Origin: a virus
Strand: one strand, 5' to 3'
Length of the DNA: 64,000 nucleotides
IMG/VR virus record: IMGVR_UViG_3300042988_000931
Span: 7,470-71,469 of that record
A program made the translations under genes and the position numbers. Under the pieces are notes generated by a model. The model was not told the DNA's origin. It saw only the letters and a program-made list of their open reading frames with translations, and made no database searches. Position 1 is the stretch's first letter. The number at the start of each line of letters is the position of its first letter. Positions 19,338 through 27,798 of this stretch are shown here, in pieces.

Positions 19338-19466
19338 ATGACCAAGCTTATCATCGCCGCCATTATCGCCGCCGCCACCTCAGCCGCTTATGTGGCGCCG
19401 GCGCAAGCCATTACCTGCCGCACAACCTGCTACAACGGCCAGGCGTGCTCCACCACCTGCAACTGA
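19338..19466 (+). CDS. 42-aa secreted four-cysteine peptide
   Basis: AGGAG RBS; MTKLIIAAIIAAATSAAYVAPAQA / ITCRTTCYNGQACSTTCN. Confidence 0.7.
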   Translation: MTKLIIAAIIAAATSAAYVAPAQAITCRTTCYNGQACSTTCN

Positions 19467-19517
19467 GCACCAACGGGAGGGGCGCAAGCCCCTCTCTTAC
19501 CAAACGGGAGCTAAACC

Positions 19518-19769
19518 ATGAAATCCATCGCAGTCACAGCCGTAAACGCCGCAACCCTGCTGATAGCCCTCATCGGCGCAGCATCAGCCCAGCCCTATGG
19601 GTATGGACGCGGGTATGGATATCCACCGCCCCCTCCGCAACCAGTCTATGTCACGCCGTATCAGGCGCCTATCGTCAGGCCAATCCCGATGCCAAATCCA
19701 TATGGAGAAGTTAGAGATGATTTGCCGTATTCAGGAAAGCCTAATTGCTCACTCCCATACGGCTGCTAA
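19518..19769 (+). CDS. Secreted Pro/Tyr/Gly-rich small protein
   Basis: GGGAG RBS; signal peptide ending ASA; C-terminal Cys pair. Confidence 0.7.
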   Translation: MKSIAVTAVNAATLLIALIGAASAQPYGYGRGYGYPPPPPQPVYVTPYQAPIVRPIPMPNPYGEVRDDLPYSGKPNCSLPYGC

Positions 19770-20311
19770 TCGAGAGGGGCTAAGGCCCCTCTTTTCCTTG
19801 CTACGCCAAACGGGTGAAATTGCTCCTCAGCCGCCTTTCGAGCAGCGATAGCCTCATCAAGAGTTTTAAACTTCCTGCGAAAGACGTCTTTCCCGCCTAC
19901 CGCAAGATGAGCAACGAACCGATTCAAACTCTTGCTAAAATATACCCCAGTAACCCCTGTTTTGCTGTTTTTCATCAGCGTCTTATGATGTTGCTGCTCT
20001 GAATACGTCGCGTCTTCAAGATTGGCTATTCGATTGTCGTCGTGGCTGTGATTGCCGTGGTCAATCGTGCTGCTGGGCCATTCCCCATAATAATGCAGCC
20101 ACGCTAGCCTATGCGCTTGATAATAAACATCATTAATTGAAATTAGCCGATAACCTTCGACGTTTAACGTCCCTGCCTTTTTCCCAGCATAGACCGTGTT
20201 CCATCCCTTGCGGACGTTGTCACGCTCTTTCCAGAAAAAATCGCCAGTCGCAGGGTTGTAATCCAGAATTGACCGAACGTAGTCCGCCGTTATATCGTTC
20301 CTGTAACGCAT
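19766..20311 (-). CDS. HNH homing endonuclease with AP2-like domain
   Basis: AHRLAWLHYYGEWP..IDH...DNRIANL; SKTGVTGV. Confidence 0.88.
   Translation of the reverse strand: MRYRNDITADYVRSILDYNPATGDFFWKERDNVRKGWNTVYAGKKAGTLNVEGYRLISINDVYYQAHRLAWLHYYGEWPSSTIDHGNHSHDDNRIANLEDATYSEQQHHKTLMKNSKTGVTGVYFSKSLNRFVAHLAVGGKDVFRRKFKTLDEAIAARKAAEEQFHPFGVARKRGALAPLD
19772..19795 (+). terminator. Intrinsic terminator
   Basis: GAGGGGC-taag-GCCCCTC followed by TTTT; near copy at 19474-19495. Confidence 0.6.
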
Positions 20312-20509
20312 AGCCTATCTCCGTTAGGTTGTGTGCCAGAGCCTATCAAGCGTCTCACCGCTTGTTAGGCTCGATTTTTATGGAACGACCTGCCGCAGGC
20401 ACCGACTCCGCGACAGGTCAACTCGGCGTAATCTCGGACTTTCCCCAAGTTCGTCTGACGAACATCAGACGCCTGCTTAAATTACCGTGACCGTGAACGC
20501 TGTCAAGCC

Positions 20510-20866
20510 TTACACGTCACCAGTAGGAGGCGTCGTAGGCGTATCGGTCGAAGGAGCCAAAGGGACCGGCACAACCTCGGTGTTGGCCAGGATAGCAGCG
20601 CCCAAAGCATCCGCGCTGGCCTTCAACTGGTCAGACAAAGCCTGCAGTTCAGCCGGCGTGGCGCCCGACGAGGCAAGCTCAGCAATCTTAGCAGCCAAGC
20701 CATTAATCATCTCAATCGCCGAAGCCTCAGCGTCGGTGTTGGCCTGGACCTGGGCCTTCAGGGCGTCAAGCTCAATCATAACTGTAGACTCCAGTTGCGC
20801 TAGGCGTTTGCTGATTTGGGAAACGCTATTCCCCAGTCGGTTTAGATAATCCCACCAATCGAACAT
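20510..20866 (-). CDS. Small alpha-helical hypothetical protein
   Basis: GGAG RBS; Ala-rich coiled coil. Confidence 0.65.
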   Translation of the reverse strand: MFDWWDYLNRLGNSVSQISKRLAQLESTVMIELDALKAQVQANTDAEASAIEMINGLAAKIAELASSGATPAELQALSDQLKASADALGAAILANTEVVPVPLAPSTDTPTTPPTGDV

Positions 20867-20905
20867 TTATTCGCTCCGGCGGGGTGAAAAACAGGTTTAT
20901 CTAGG

Positions 20906-20933
20906 TTGACACGTCCACATTATGCGGTATGCT
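20906..20933 (+). promoter_or_regulatory. Promoter with operator
   Basis: TTGACA-16 nt-TATGCT; CCACATTATGCGG at 20915. Confidence 0.75.
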
Positions 20934-20959
20934 CAGACCGTCAACAACAGGAGCAACCG

Positions 20960-21241
20960 ATGACCATTTCCAATCTCGCCAAGCTAGCCGACGATTATGC
21001 CCGCGCCAAGGCCATGGCAGACGAAGTCGCCAAACATCTCGACAGTCTCAAGCGCGAGATACTCGCAACCGGCCTCGACGAAATCAAAGGCGAGAACTTC
21101 GCCGTGAAGGTCTCAAAGTTCGAGCAGTCCCGTTTGGACACGAAGGCCATCCGAGCCATCCTGTCCGAGCAGCAAATCGAAGCTTACAGCGTCACCAGCG
21201 AAATCACCAAGCTGACAGTCAAGGCTTCGCTGAACATCTAA
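20960..21241 (+). CDS. Small conserved phage protein
   Basis: Start at MTISNL with AGGAG RBS; RLDTKAI motif. Confidence 0.7.
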   Translation: MTISNLAKLADDYARAKAMADEVAKHLDSLKREILATGLDEIKGENFAVKVSKFEQSRLDTKAIRAILSEQQIEAYSVTSEITKLTVKASLNI

Positions 21242-21256
21242 GGATAGGAGACAGCC

Positions 21257-21466
21257 ATGAAAGACACAATCAACCGCCTCGTCGAAGCTAAGCAAAACCT
21301 CGTCGACGCCTTCTTGGCTTGGCGGGACTTTGAGGGTCTTCCCCAGAAGCTCCCAAGCCAGCTTCTCTATGACCACGCTCAGGAGCTCTCCCCCATACAG
21401 CGCAACGCCATCCTCAGATGGGCCGAGGCCGTCGAGGCCGTCAAGACTGTCGAGGCGGCGCTATGA
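21257..21466 (+). CDS. Hypothetical protein
   Basis: AGGAG RBS, 69 aa. Confidence 0.65.
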   Translation: MKDTINRLVEAKQNLVDAFLAWRDFEGLPQKLPSQLLYDHAQELSPIQRNAILRWAEAVEAVKTVEAAL

Positions 21467-21705
21467 AGGGAGCCGAACTGAAAGAGGCCCGGAAAAAACT
21501 GGGCCTCACGCAATGGGAGTTCGCATGGCTGCTCGGCGGATATGACGCCAAGAGCATCAGCAGGCTTGAGTATGAGGAAAACTTTCACTGCGGAAAGGCT
21601 CTAGGAATTCTCGTTGAACTCGTCATCAATGTTCCTGAAGCTCTAAAATATCTTCAAAAAACCAGGATGACAATTCAAGCGCCTAAAAAGCAAAAAACCG
21701 AATGA
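21463..21705 (+). CDS. XRE-family HTH regulator
   Basis: MKGAELKEARKKLGLTQWEFAWLLG...SISRLE; ATGA overlap. Confidence 0.85.
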   Translation: MKGAELKEARKKLGLTQWEFAWLLGGYDAKSISRLEYEENFHCGKALGILVELVINVPEALKYLQKTRMTIQAPKKQKTE

Positions 21706-21711
21706 AAACAA

Positions 21712-21751
21712 AGCCCCGCGATGCCAACAGGAGCGCAAGCATCGCGGGGCT
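21712..21751. terminator. Hairpin between convergent genes, likely terminator
   Basis: 13-bp stem AGCCCCGCGATGC / GCATCGCGGGGCT; T-rich tail on minus strand. Confidence 0.6.
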
Positions 21752-21815
21752 CTCGTAGGAACAAAATACGTGAGCCTACGGATAAACTGGACCATATAGC
21801 AACCAAAGCAACCAG

Positions 21816-22361
21816 TCAAGGGCGAAAAAATTCGCCGTGCAGTTCTTTTGCGACCCGACAATAGTCGGCATATGCCTCCTCTGCCGTTAAATGATACGCC
21901 CTGTATGCCTGCTTCCCATTGGCATAAACAGTAGTTGAGTATCTTTTATCGCGCTTATCCCAAGAAACGCCCTTATATCCAGACGTATTATTCCTTTGCT
22001 TTGGCCTGTTGCAAAGGTTCATACCACGCAAAAGCCTAAGATTTTCTATTCTATTATCTGAGGTAACCATATTTATATGGTCTATATCATCTTTAGGAAT
22101 GTCGCCGTAATAATGGAGCCACGCAAGTCTATGTGCTCTCCATAAGGTTGGCTTTAACATGATAACAATATATCCCAACCTTCCTATGCTTCCAGCTTGT
22201 TTTCCGGCGAATTTCCCATTCCAAAGCTTACAGTTAAGCTCTGGCACTTCGCTGTCAAACATGTCTGGCGTTCTCGGCTTCCAGGTAAATAGCCCCGTCT
22301 CAGGGTCATAATCCAAAAGCTTGCGAACAGTCTCAGCCGTGATATTGTCTATATAACGCAT
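21816..22361 (-). CDS. HNH homing endonuclease with AP2 domain
   Basis: AHRLAWLHYYG...IDHIN...DNRIENLR; NNTSGYKGVSW. Confidence 0.9.
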   Translation of the reverse strand: MRYIDNITAETVRKLLDYDPETGLFTWKPRTPDMFDSEVPELNCKLWNGKFAGKQAGSIGRLGYIVIMLKPTLWRAHRLAWLHYYGDIPKDDIDHINMVTSDNRIENLRLLRGMNLCNRPKQRNNTSGYKGVSWDKRDKRYSTTVYANGKQAYRAYHLTAEEAYADYCRVAKELHGEFFRP

Positions 22362-22438
22362 GGTCTGCCACCTTCAGATTATGCTAGGAGCCGCTTGGCG
22401 TCTCAAGCGCCAGCGGCTCCGCTAATTTACCTTGTTCC

Positions 22439-22954
22439 TCATCTTGTTTCAATCTCCGCCTCACGTATCAGCACCCTGTCCCTATTAAGACAGTCGCTTA
22501 TCTTTTGCAGGCCGTCGGCCTTTTTCCTTCGATACGTGGTCATTGACCATTTACGCTTCCGAAACTCTATTTGGAGAGGCCGCCTGGCTGCTGTAAGGGT
22601 TGCCCAAGCCAATATCACCCTAGCTGCTCCATCATCATTCCGAAGGTATTTTGGAATCCAAGCCGCAGCTTCTTCCGCGCGGCTAAGGGCAGCAGCATCA
22701 TATTGGGGGCGTATGTTTGACCAAGAAATCCAAAGCTCCTTACGAGCATCGTCTCCTCTTCCAATTAAATCCTCCCAAGTCGCCACATATGTGGGCCAGC
22801 CTGAGCCGAACCCGGTTTTTGGGCGCCCATAAGTGGTGTTTGCAATGACTTTCATTGATTCCACTAGCCTGGCGGACACGATAGGAGGAGACCAAACCTG
22901 CGGGGCGTCTGCTTCCAGCCATCCTAGGAACTCGTGGTATATAGCCAAGCTCAT
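22439..22954 (-). CDS. Putative late transcription regulator (Q-like position)
   Basis: WS...V.ARL.E...SGWP...RAEEA..WI pattern; last gene of the middle operon. Confidence 0.5.
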   Translation of the reverse strand: MSLAIYHEFLGWLEADAPQVWSPPIVSARLVESMKVIANTTYGRPKTGFGSGWPTYVATWEDLIGRGDDARKELWISWSNIRPQYDAAALSRAEEAAAWIPKYLRNDDGAARVILAWATLTAARRPLQIEFRKRKWSMTTYRRKKADGLQKISDCLNRDRVLIREAEIETR

Positions 22955-23006
22955 GCTAATCGCTCCTGTTAGCCTAAGAATATAATAAAGTCATCGCAGC
23001 ATTACT

Positions 23007-23288
23007 TCAAACATCTACGTCGTCTATCGCCCGCCCGTTAGCGTCAACAACAGCAATCCGCACACCAAGCGCCTGGGCGAGGATGTGAAGATTGGAAAGC
23101 TTTGGGGTGTTCTTGCCGCGTTCCCACCGCTGTACAGCCGAGACAGCATAGCCTGCATGGTCAGCAAAATCAGCCTGCGAAAGTTTTTTCTTAAACCTCA
23201 TCTTGCGCAGGACATGCAAGACAGGGTCAATCTCGCTCAGAGGTTCCCGGTATTCCTGCACGCCAAATGGGCGGCCACGTTTAGGCAT
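23007..23288 (-). CDS. XRE-family HTH protein
   Basis: LSQADFADHAGYAVSAVQRWERGKNTPKL. Confidence 0.85.
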   Translation of the reverse strand: MPKRGRPFGVQEYREPLSEIDPVLHVLRKMRFKKKLSQADFADHAGYAVSAVQRWERGKNTPKLSNLHILAQALGVRIAVVDANGRAIDDVDV

Positions 23289-24030
23289 TGTCTAGGTCCT
23301 TCTTCTCGACCGCCTCCATGAGGGTGCGGAGAGCGCGAAAATCCTTAATTTGCATCAAGACGCGGCACATATCGTCGCTCTGCCGGATGTCATCGGTTGA
23401 ACGGAACGTTTGCGGCTCTTTATCAAACAACGTCCTGCACGCCTCCACAATCTCATCTCGGGAGCGCACAGCGGCGGCCTGCATGTTCTGGGCGACATGA
23501 CGCTCAACACGTAGTTCCCTGCATTCGGCGCGGGCCTCTTCTGCAAGTCTCTCGGCTGCCTCGGCGCGGGCTTCATGCACGTTGGCCAGTGTCGCACATT
23601 GTTTGGCGTAATGACGCGCCTCATCCCGCTCCTTCTGCGCCTCGGCTAGCTGGGCTTGGAGTTGTTCGATGACATCGGCGGCTTCTGGGCCAACCTCGCC
23701 CGCGTTAGGCCCACCAAGACGCAACCTCGCAATCAGTTCGTCCTCTATGCGCAGATGCTCGCGAGCCTCGGATAGCTGGGCTTGGAGTGTTTCAGCTCTT
23801 GCGCATTGCCGTTCGCATTCATCCTCCTCTATGCGCAGATGTTCGCGTAACTCGGCTAGCTGGGCGTGGAGTTTTAGCTCACGTTCTGCCCCCATGTCAT
23901 ACGCCTCGGCTAGCTGGGCTTGGAGTTGCTCAATGGCGTCGGCAATAATTGGTCGCGCTTTGGCAAACGAAGTCCCATACAGAAAACCTGAACGCAATTT
24001 CGCGACCAGTTCGTCATGCTGCCCCATCAT
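23281..24030 (-). CDS. Coiled-coil protein with internal repeats
   Basis: Four LQAQLAEA-type and two REHLRIE repeats. Confidence 0.65.
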   Translation of the reverse strand: MMGQHDELVAKLRSGFLYGTSFAKARPIIADAIEQLQAQLAEAYDMGAERELKLHAQLAELREHLRIEEDECERQCARAETLQAQLSEAREHLRIEDELIARLRLGGPNAGEVGPEAADVIEQLQAQLAEAQKERDEARHYAKQCATLANVHEARAEAAERLAEEARAECRELRVERHVAQNMQAAAVRSRDEIVEACRTLFDKEPQTFRSTDDIRQSDDMCRVLMQIKDFRALRTLMEAVEKKDLDNA

Positions 24031-24305
24031 CCCTGCTCCTGTGTCTCGTTGAGGGCGGCGCGGGCTTCCACAAAAATTATGTCATTGCGACAATCTGGAA
24101 TAACTTCTCGCTCAACCATAAAATCGAACTCAAGAAGCATCCGCCGCAGCGCCGCTTTCAGTTTCTCGTTTTCTGCAACAAGCCCCTCCGCTCGTTCCTG
24201 CAACATTCGGCGCGTTGTTTTGTGCGACTCTATCTCAGCTTGCATCCTCCCCTCACGCGTCTCTTGGACGGCGGCCCATGGCGATGTGGATAATATGTCG
24301 GTCAT
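24027..24305 (-). CDS. Hypothetical protein, SPWAAVQETRE N-terminal module
   Basis: ATGA coupling; shares N-terminus with neighbour. Confidence 0.65.
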   Translation of the reverse strand: MTDILSTSPWAAVQETREGRMQAEIESHKTTRRMLQERAEGLVAENEKLKAALRRMLLEFDFMVEREVIPDCRNDIIFVEARAALNETQEQG

Positions 24306-24592
24306 GGCTTCCCCTTTGCGAGTTCGGCGCGGGCGAATTCCTCAATGCAAAGCCCGCAATCTTCATACATAAACATCTCATGAATGCAGCGGTCATTTTT
24401 GCTTGGCTGCCAGTCCTTGCGGTAGTGGAAAGAGACCGGCCTTGGAACGTCGCCGTCTGCAATCGCATTCAGCGCCTTCTCAAGCTCCGCTATCCTGCGA
24501 TACAGCCTTTCCTCGCGCGTCTCCTGGACAGCGGCCCATGGCGATGGGGATAGCCATTCGGCGGGAAAAATAGCTTGTCTCTGTTCACTCAT
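24302..24592 (-). CDS. Hypothetical protein, SPWAAVQETRE N-terminal module, Cys/His C-terminus
   Basis: ATGA coupling; CxH...CxxC. Confidence 0.65.
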   Translation of the reverse strand: MSEQRQAIFPAEWLSPSPWAAVQETREERLYRRIAELEKALNAIADGDVPRPVSFHYRKDWQPSKNDRCIHEMFMYEDCGLCIEEFARAELAKGKP

Positions 24593-24834
24593 GACACGCG
24601 CCTTTCTGCATTAACCTTAGAAATATTCTTCCGGTTTTGGTCTGCCTTCAAACATCCGCATGACAGTCGCCGGCCCTCCCTCATCGCACAGCCATATGCG
24701 ACAACTTCCTTTCCACATGAACATTTGCACCGCCAGAACTGGCCAGCAGGATAGCCGGTCGCTGGACGAGGAGCCTTCTCAATCACTGTCAGGCGCCCAA
24801 ACGTCAGACCTGTCATGTCAAAAATCTTAGCCAT
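24589..24834 (-). CDS. Stand-alone Zn-binding domain like the N-terminus of some homing endonucleases
   Basis: DMTGLTFGRLTVIE...WRCKCSCG...SCGC; no nuclease domain follows. Confidence 0.65.
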   Translation of the reverse strand: MAKIFDMTGLTFGRLTVIEKAPRPATGYPAGQFWRCKCSCGKEVVAYGCAMREGRRLSCGCLKADQNRKNISKVNAERRVS

Positions 24835-25034
24835 CAATCTCGTCTCCAGAGCCATGATGGAAACCGACCACCAGAAAGCACGCGATGCATGTTGCGTTGT
24901 AGTGGCGTGTAGACCTTAGATGATTTGCCATAAACGCTTTGCGGGAGCCAGTCGCGCTTTTGGCGCGGCTGCGTTTCGATGTCGCGCTTCTCGACCTTCA
25001 ACCAGGGCGACTTTTCTCGGAAATGTTTGCTCAT
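24834..25034 (-). CDS. Hypothetical protein
   Basis: 66 aa, coupled on both sides. Confidence 0.45.
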   Translation of the reverse strand: MSKHFREKSPWLKVEKRDIETQPRQKRDWLPQSVYGKSSKVYTPLQRNMHRVLSGGRFPSWLWRRD

Positions 25035-25849
25035 GCGTTCATGCTTTCAATGATGGCACGGCCAATCATTTCCGGGATTTGCGGGACGACGGCGTTCCCG
25101 AGACTTCTAAGTCTGTCCACCCTGCTGGGAACCCCATGAGCCACTCGACCCACGGCGGGTTCAATTGCCCACTGGTGTTGGATTCCGAAGCTATTATGTC
25201 TTCCAATCTGCAATATTTTGGTGATCTCCCAGGTTTCCCGTAGGCCATCGCTTGCGTCGCGCGAGGCGTAGGCCACAATTTTACTGCGAGTGACAATGGG
25301 GTTCCACCCTGCGCATATTTCTGGCTCCGCGAGCTCGCATCCGTCGTTGGCGTAGGCCACAACCCAGAGTCTGTCGCGTCTGTGAGGCGCACCAACGGCG
25401 GAAGCCGGTATGCAATGCCATTCCGCATCATACCCGAGCGCGGCCAAGCCTCCGAGAACGTCTCCAATCCCCCGTCCAAGCAATGCTGCGACGTTCTCCA
25501 CGATGACGAATCTGGGTCGTAATTCGCCAATAAGTCTGGCGTATTCGAACCATAGACCGCTGCGCTCTCCAGCAAGACCTGCGCCTTTTCCGGCAACGCT
25601 GATATCCTGGCAGGGGAACCCTCCGCAGATGGCGTCAACTCCAATTCCATCTGCGGCGAGGCGTTCTGCGCTAAGCGTTCTGATGTCATCGTATTGCGGA
25701 ACCTCTGGCCAGTGCTTTGACAAGACGCGGCGACAAAATGGGTCAATCTCACAGAAAGCGACTGTCTCAAAGCCGCCGCTTCTCTCTAGCCCAAGAGAGA
25801 ATCCGCCAATTCCTGAGAACAAGTCGAGCAATTGAAGCTTCTTTTCCAT
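25031..25849 (-). CDS. C5-cytosine DNA methyltransferase, large (alpha) chain
   Basis: Motifs I (LFSGIGG), IV (GGFPCQD), VI (VENV), VIII (HRRDR), X (LGNAV); motif IX missing. Confidence 0.92.
   Translation of the reverse strand: MEKKLQLLDLFSGIGGFSLGLERSGGFETVAFCEIDPFCRRVLSKHWPEVPQYDDIRTLSAERLAADGIGVDAICGGFPCQDISVAGKGAGLAGERSGLWFEYARLIGELRPRFVIVENVAALLGRGIGDVLGGLAALGYDAEWHCIPASAVGAPHRRDRLWVVAYANDGCELAEPEICAGWNPIVTRSKIVAYASRDASDGLRETWEITKILQIGRHNSFGIQHQWAIEPAVGRVAHGVPSRVDRLRSLGNAVVPQIPEMIGRAIIESMNA
25066..25770 (-). CDS. Nested alternative-frame ORF: probable beta chain of the C5 methyltransferase
   Basis: Two WPTP repeats and motif IX-like LNPPWVEWLMGFPAGWT; start uncertain. Confidence 0.75.
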   Translation of the reverse strand: MRQSLSVRLTHFVAASCQSTGQRFRNTMTSERLAQNASPQMELELTPSAEGSPARISALPEKAQVLLESAAVYGSNTPDLLANYDPDSSSWRTSQHCLDGGLETFSEAWPRSGMMRNGIAYRLPPLVRLTDATDSGLWPTPTTDASSRSQKYAQGGTPLSLAVKLWPTPRATQAMAYGKPGRSPKYCRLEDIIASESNTSGQLNPPWVEWLMGFPAGWTDLEVSGTPSSRKSRK

Positions 25850-25853
25850 CGCC

Positions 25854-26129
25854 CTATTCCACAATCGGCCGTTCAAGCCATGCCACCTTGGCGAGCGATA
25901 TCCGGGTAACAGACTGGCCGTTCTCAGCCAGCGCCAACTTCGTCACGCAAGGAACTGACGGCTCAAACGGCTGATTGTCCTGTCCTAGACGCGGCCGAAG
26001 CTGATTGATTGCCCTGCGGATTTTCTGCCAGTGCTTCTCTTCGTAGACTGCAAAGATTTCACGGTCTGATTTGCCATCCGCAATCATCTCAGCGACATGA
26101 CGGAAGATTGTTACCTGCTCTTTTCTCAT
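25854..26129 (-). CDS. Hypothetical protein
   Basis: MRKEQV start overlapping the helicase stop. Confidence 0.5.
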   Translation of the reverse strand: MRKEQVTIFRHVAEMIADGKSDREIFAVYEEKHWQKIRRAINQLRPRLGQDNQPFEPSVPCVTKLALAENGQSVTRISLAKVAWLERPIVE

Positions 26130-27613
26130 ATGCGCGCCCCGCCTGTCTCTGCCTTCTTGCGCTCTGCAATCCAAGCCTTCTGACTTTCCTTGACGAACTT
26201 TCTTACTGCATCATCAGGGTAAGACGCAAATTTATCAAGTGCTCTTGGCCATACGCCGAACTTTTCTCTGTATTTATTAGCAGCCCAGCCCGGCAAGTAT
26301 CCCTTCTCTTGTGCAATCCAAAGAAGAGAGGAATACCAAACCTGCTTCATGTCCCGCGTGACCTTCTCGCCTGGGGCGCCGGTCGCCATGTTATACTCAA
26401 CCAGCTCACCATCTGCCGAGATGATTCCGCTGGCCCGCTTGCGTTCAAACCCACAGCTTGGGCATATATGGTCTTTCGGGCTAAGTAGATATGAGCAGGA
26501 AGGGCATGGCTTGGGGAGACGCTCTTTCTGCTCTTCGCGCTTGGCCTTTTCCTTCTTCCCGTCCAAGAAGTCTTCTATGTCTTGCTCGTCCGGAAAGCCT
26601 AAACGTAGCGCTGTTCCAGAGTGGTCGAGGATTATCGCCTCGGTCTTGCCGGGATATGTGCGAAGGGCACGACCGAGCTGCTGGATGTAGAGCATCCGGC
26701 TCCACGTTGGTCGAGCCAAAATCACGCACCCCAAAAACGGGGCGTCGAGACCAGCCGAAAAGCAGTTTACATTTGCGATGACTTTTAGCTCTCCGGTCCT
26801 CAGCTTCTCGACTAGCTCTTCTCTCTCGCTAACCTCAGTGTTTGCATCCACATAGCCTGCTGGGATTTTCGCAGCGTTGAATTGCTCGCATAGGCTCTGA
26901 GCGTGCGCACGGTCAATGCAAAAACATAACGCTGGCTGCCAATTCCCCTTCTCAAGATAGGTCTTCACAACGTCGGCAATCAGTTGTGGGGCGACCTTTT
27001 CCGATAGGTCCTTCTCAGAGAAATCGCCCGCCATCATCTTCACCCCTGTCATGTCAGGAGAACTTGGCGCAAACAGCCGATAAGGTGACAGATAACCCTG
27101 CCTAATTAGATTTGACATCGTTTCGACGGGAATTAGCTCGTCCCAGCCGTCTTTCCTCATGTCAACTCTGAACGGACTTGCAGACAAACCGATATGCACT
27201 GCGTTCGGCGCATGCTCCATCCAGCGGCGATAAAGGATGCTTCCGCAATGGCATTCATCCCATATAACAATATCAACGTCCGGAAGGTCTTTCCTCCGAA
27301 CAAGCGTGTCACGGCTGCAAATTTGGATGTCTTTCGACATGTCATACAAGATGCTGTCAGCCTGGATAAGGCTCATATTCATTTCATCCAAACCAGCATC
27401 ACGAAAATGCTTCCATGTTTGGTTGAGTATCGAAATGAAAGGCGCCACGAAGGCAACCCGCTTTCCCTTTTTCCTCGCCAGCAAGAATATTTCGGCTGCA
27501 ATGCGTGTCTTTCCTGCCCCAGTCGCGATGTAAATTACAGGCTTCTTTTTCTGAGCAACGGCAGCACGAGTGCGCTCTAGGGCGCGTTCCTGATAATCGC
27601 GGAGAGGCATCAT
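26126..27613 (-). CDS. Superfamily 2 helicase (RadD/YejH-like) with C-terminal Zn ribbon
   Basis: LRDYQ, ATGAGKT, DECH, LSASP, QQLGRALR, CPSC...CPSCG. Confidence 0.92.
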   Translation of the reverse strand: MMPLRDYQERALERTRAAVAQKKKPVIYIATGAGKTRIAAEIFLLARKKGKRVAFVAPFISILNQTWKHFRDAGLDEMNMSLIQADSILYDMSKDIQICSRDTLVRRKDLPDVDIVIWDECHCGSILYRRWMEHAPNAVHIGLSASPFRVDMRKDGWDELIPVETMSNLIRQGYLSPYRLFAPSSPDMTGVKMMAGDFSEKDLSEKVAPQLIADVVKTYLEKGNWQPALCFCIDRAHAQSLCEQFNAAKIPAGYVDANTEVSEREELVEKLRTGELKVIANVNCFSAGLDAPFLGCVILARPTWSRMLYIQQLGRALRTYPGKTEAIILDHSGTALRLGFPDEQDIEDFLDGKKEKAKREEQKERLPKPCPSCSYLLSPKDHICPSCGFERKRASGIISADGELVEYNMATGAPGEKVTRDMKQVWYSSLLWIAQEKGYLPGWAANKYREKFGVWPRALDKFASYPDDAVRKFVKESQKAWIAERKKAETGGARI

Positions 27614-27795
27614 TGGACTTGCTCGCTGTTTTTTGCTTTTGCAATCGCTTCAGCTTCATCCTTCCGGAAGACGCTGCCAAGGTCCTGAACGGTAGACCAA
27701 TAGCCGCGTTCATGGCCTAACATCTTCCAATATTCCTTGCCGTCTCGAACAACGAGGAAAAGCCCTTCGCGTGATGATTTGGCAACTTCAATCAT
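27610..27795 (-). CDS. Hypothetical protein
   Basis: 61 aa, coupled to helicase. Confidence 0.5.
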   Translation of the reverse strand: MIEVAKSSREGLFLVVRDGKEYWKMLGHERGYWSTVQDLGSVFRKDEAEAIAKAKNSEQVQ

Positions 27796-27798
27796 TTG

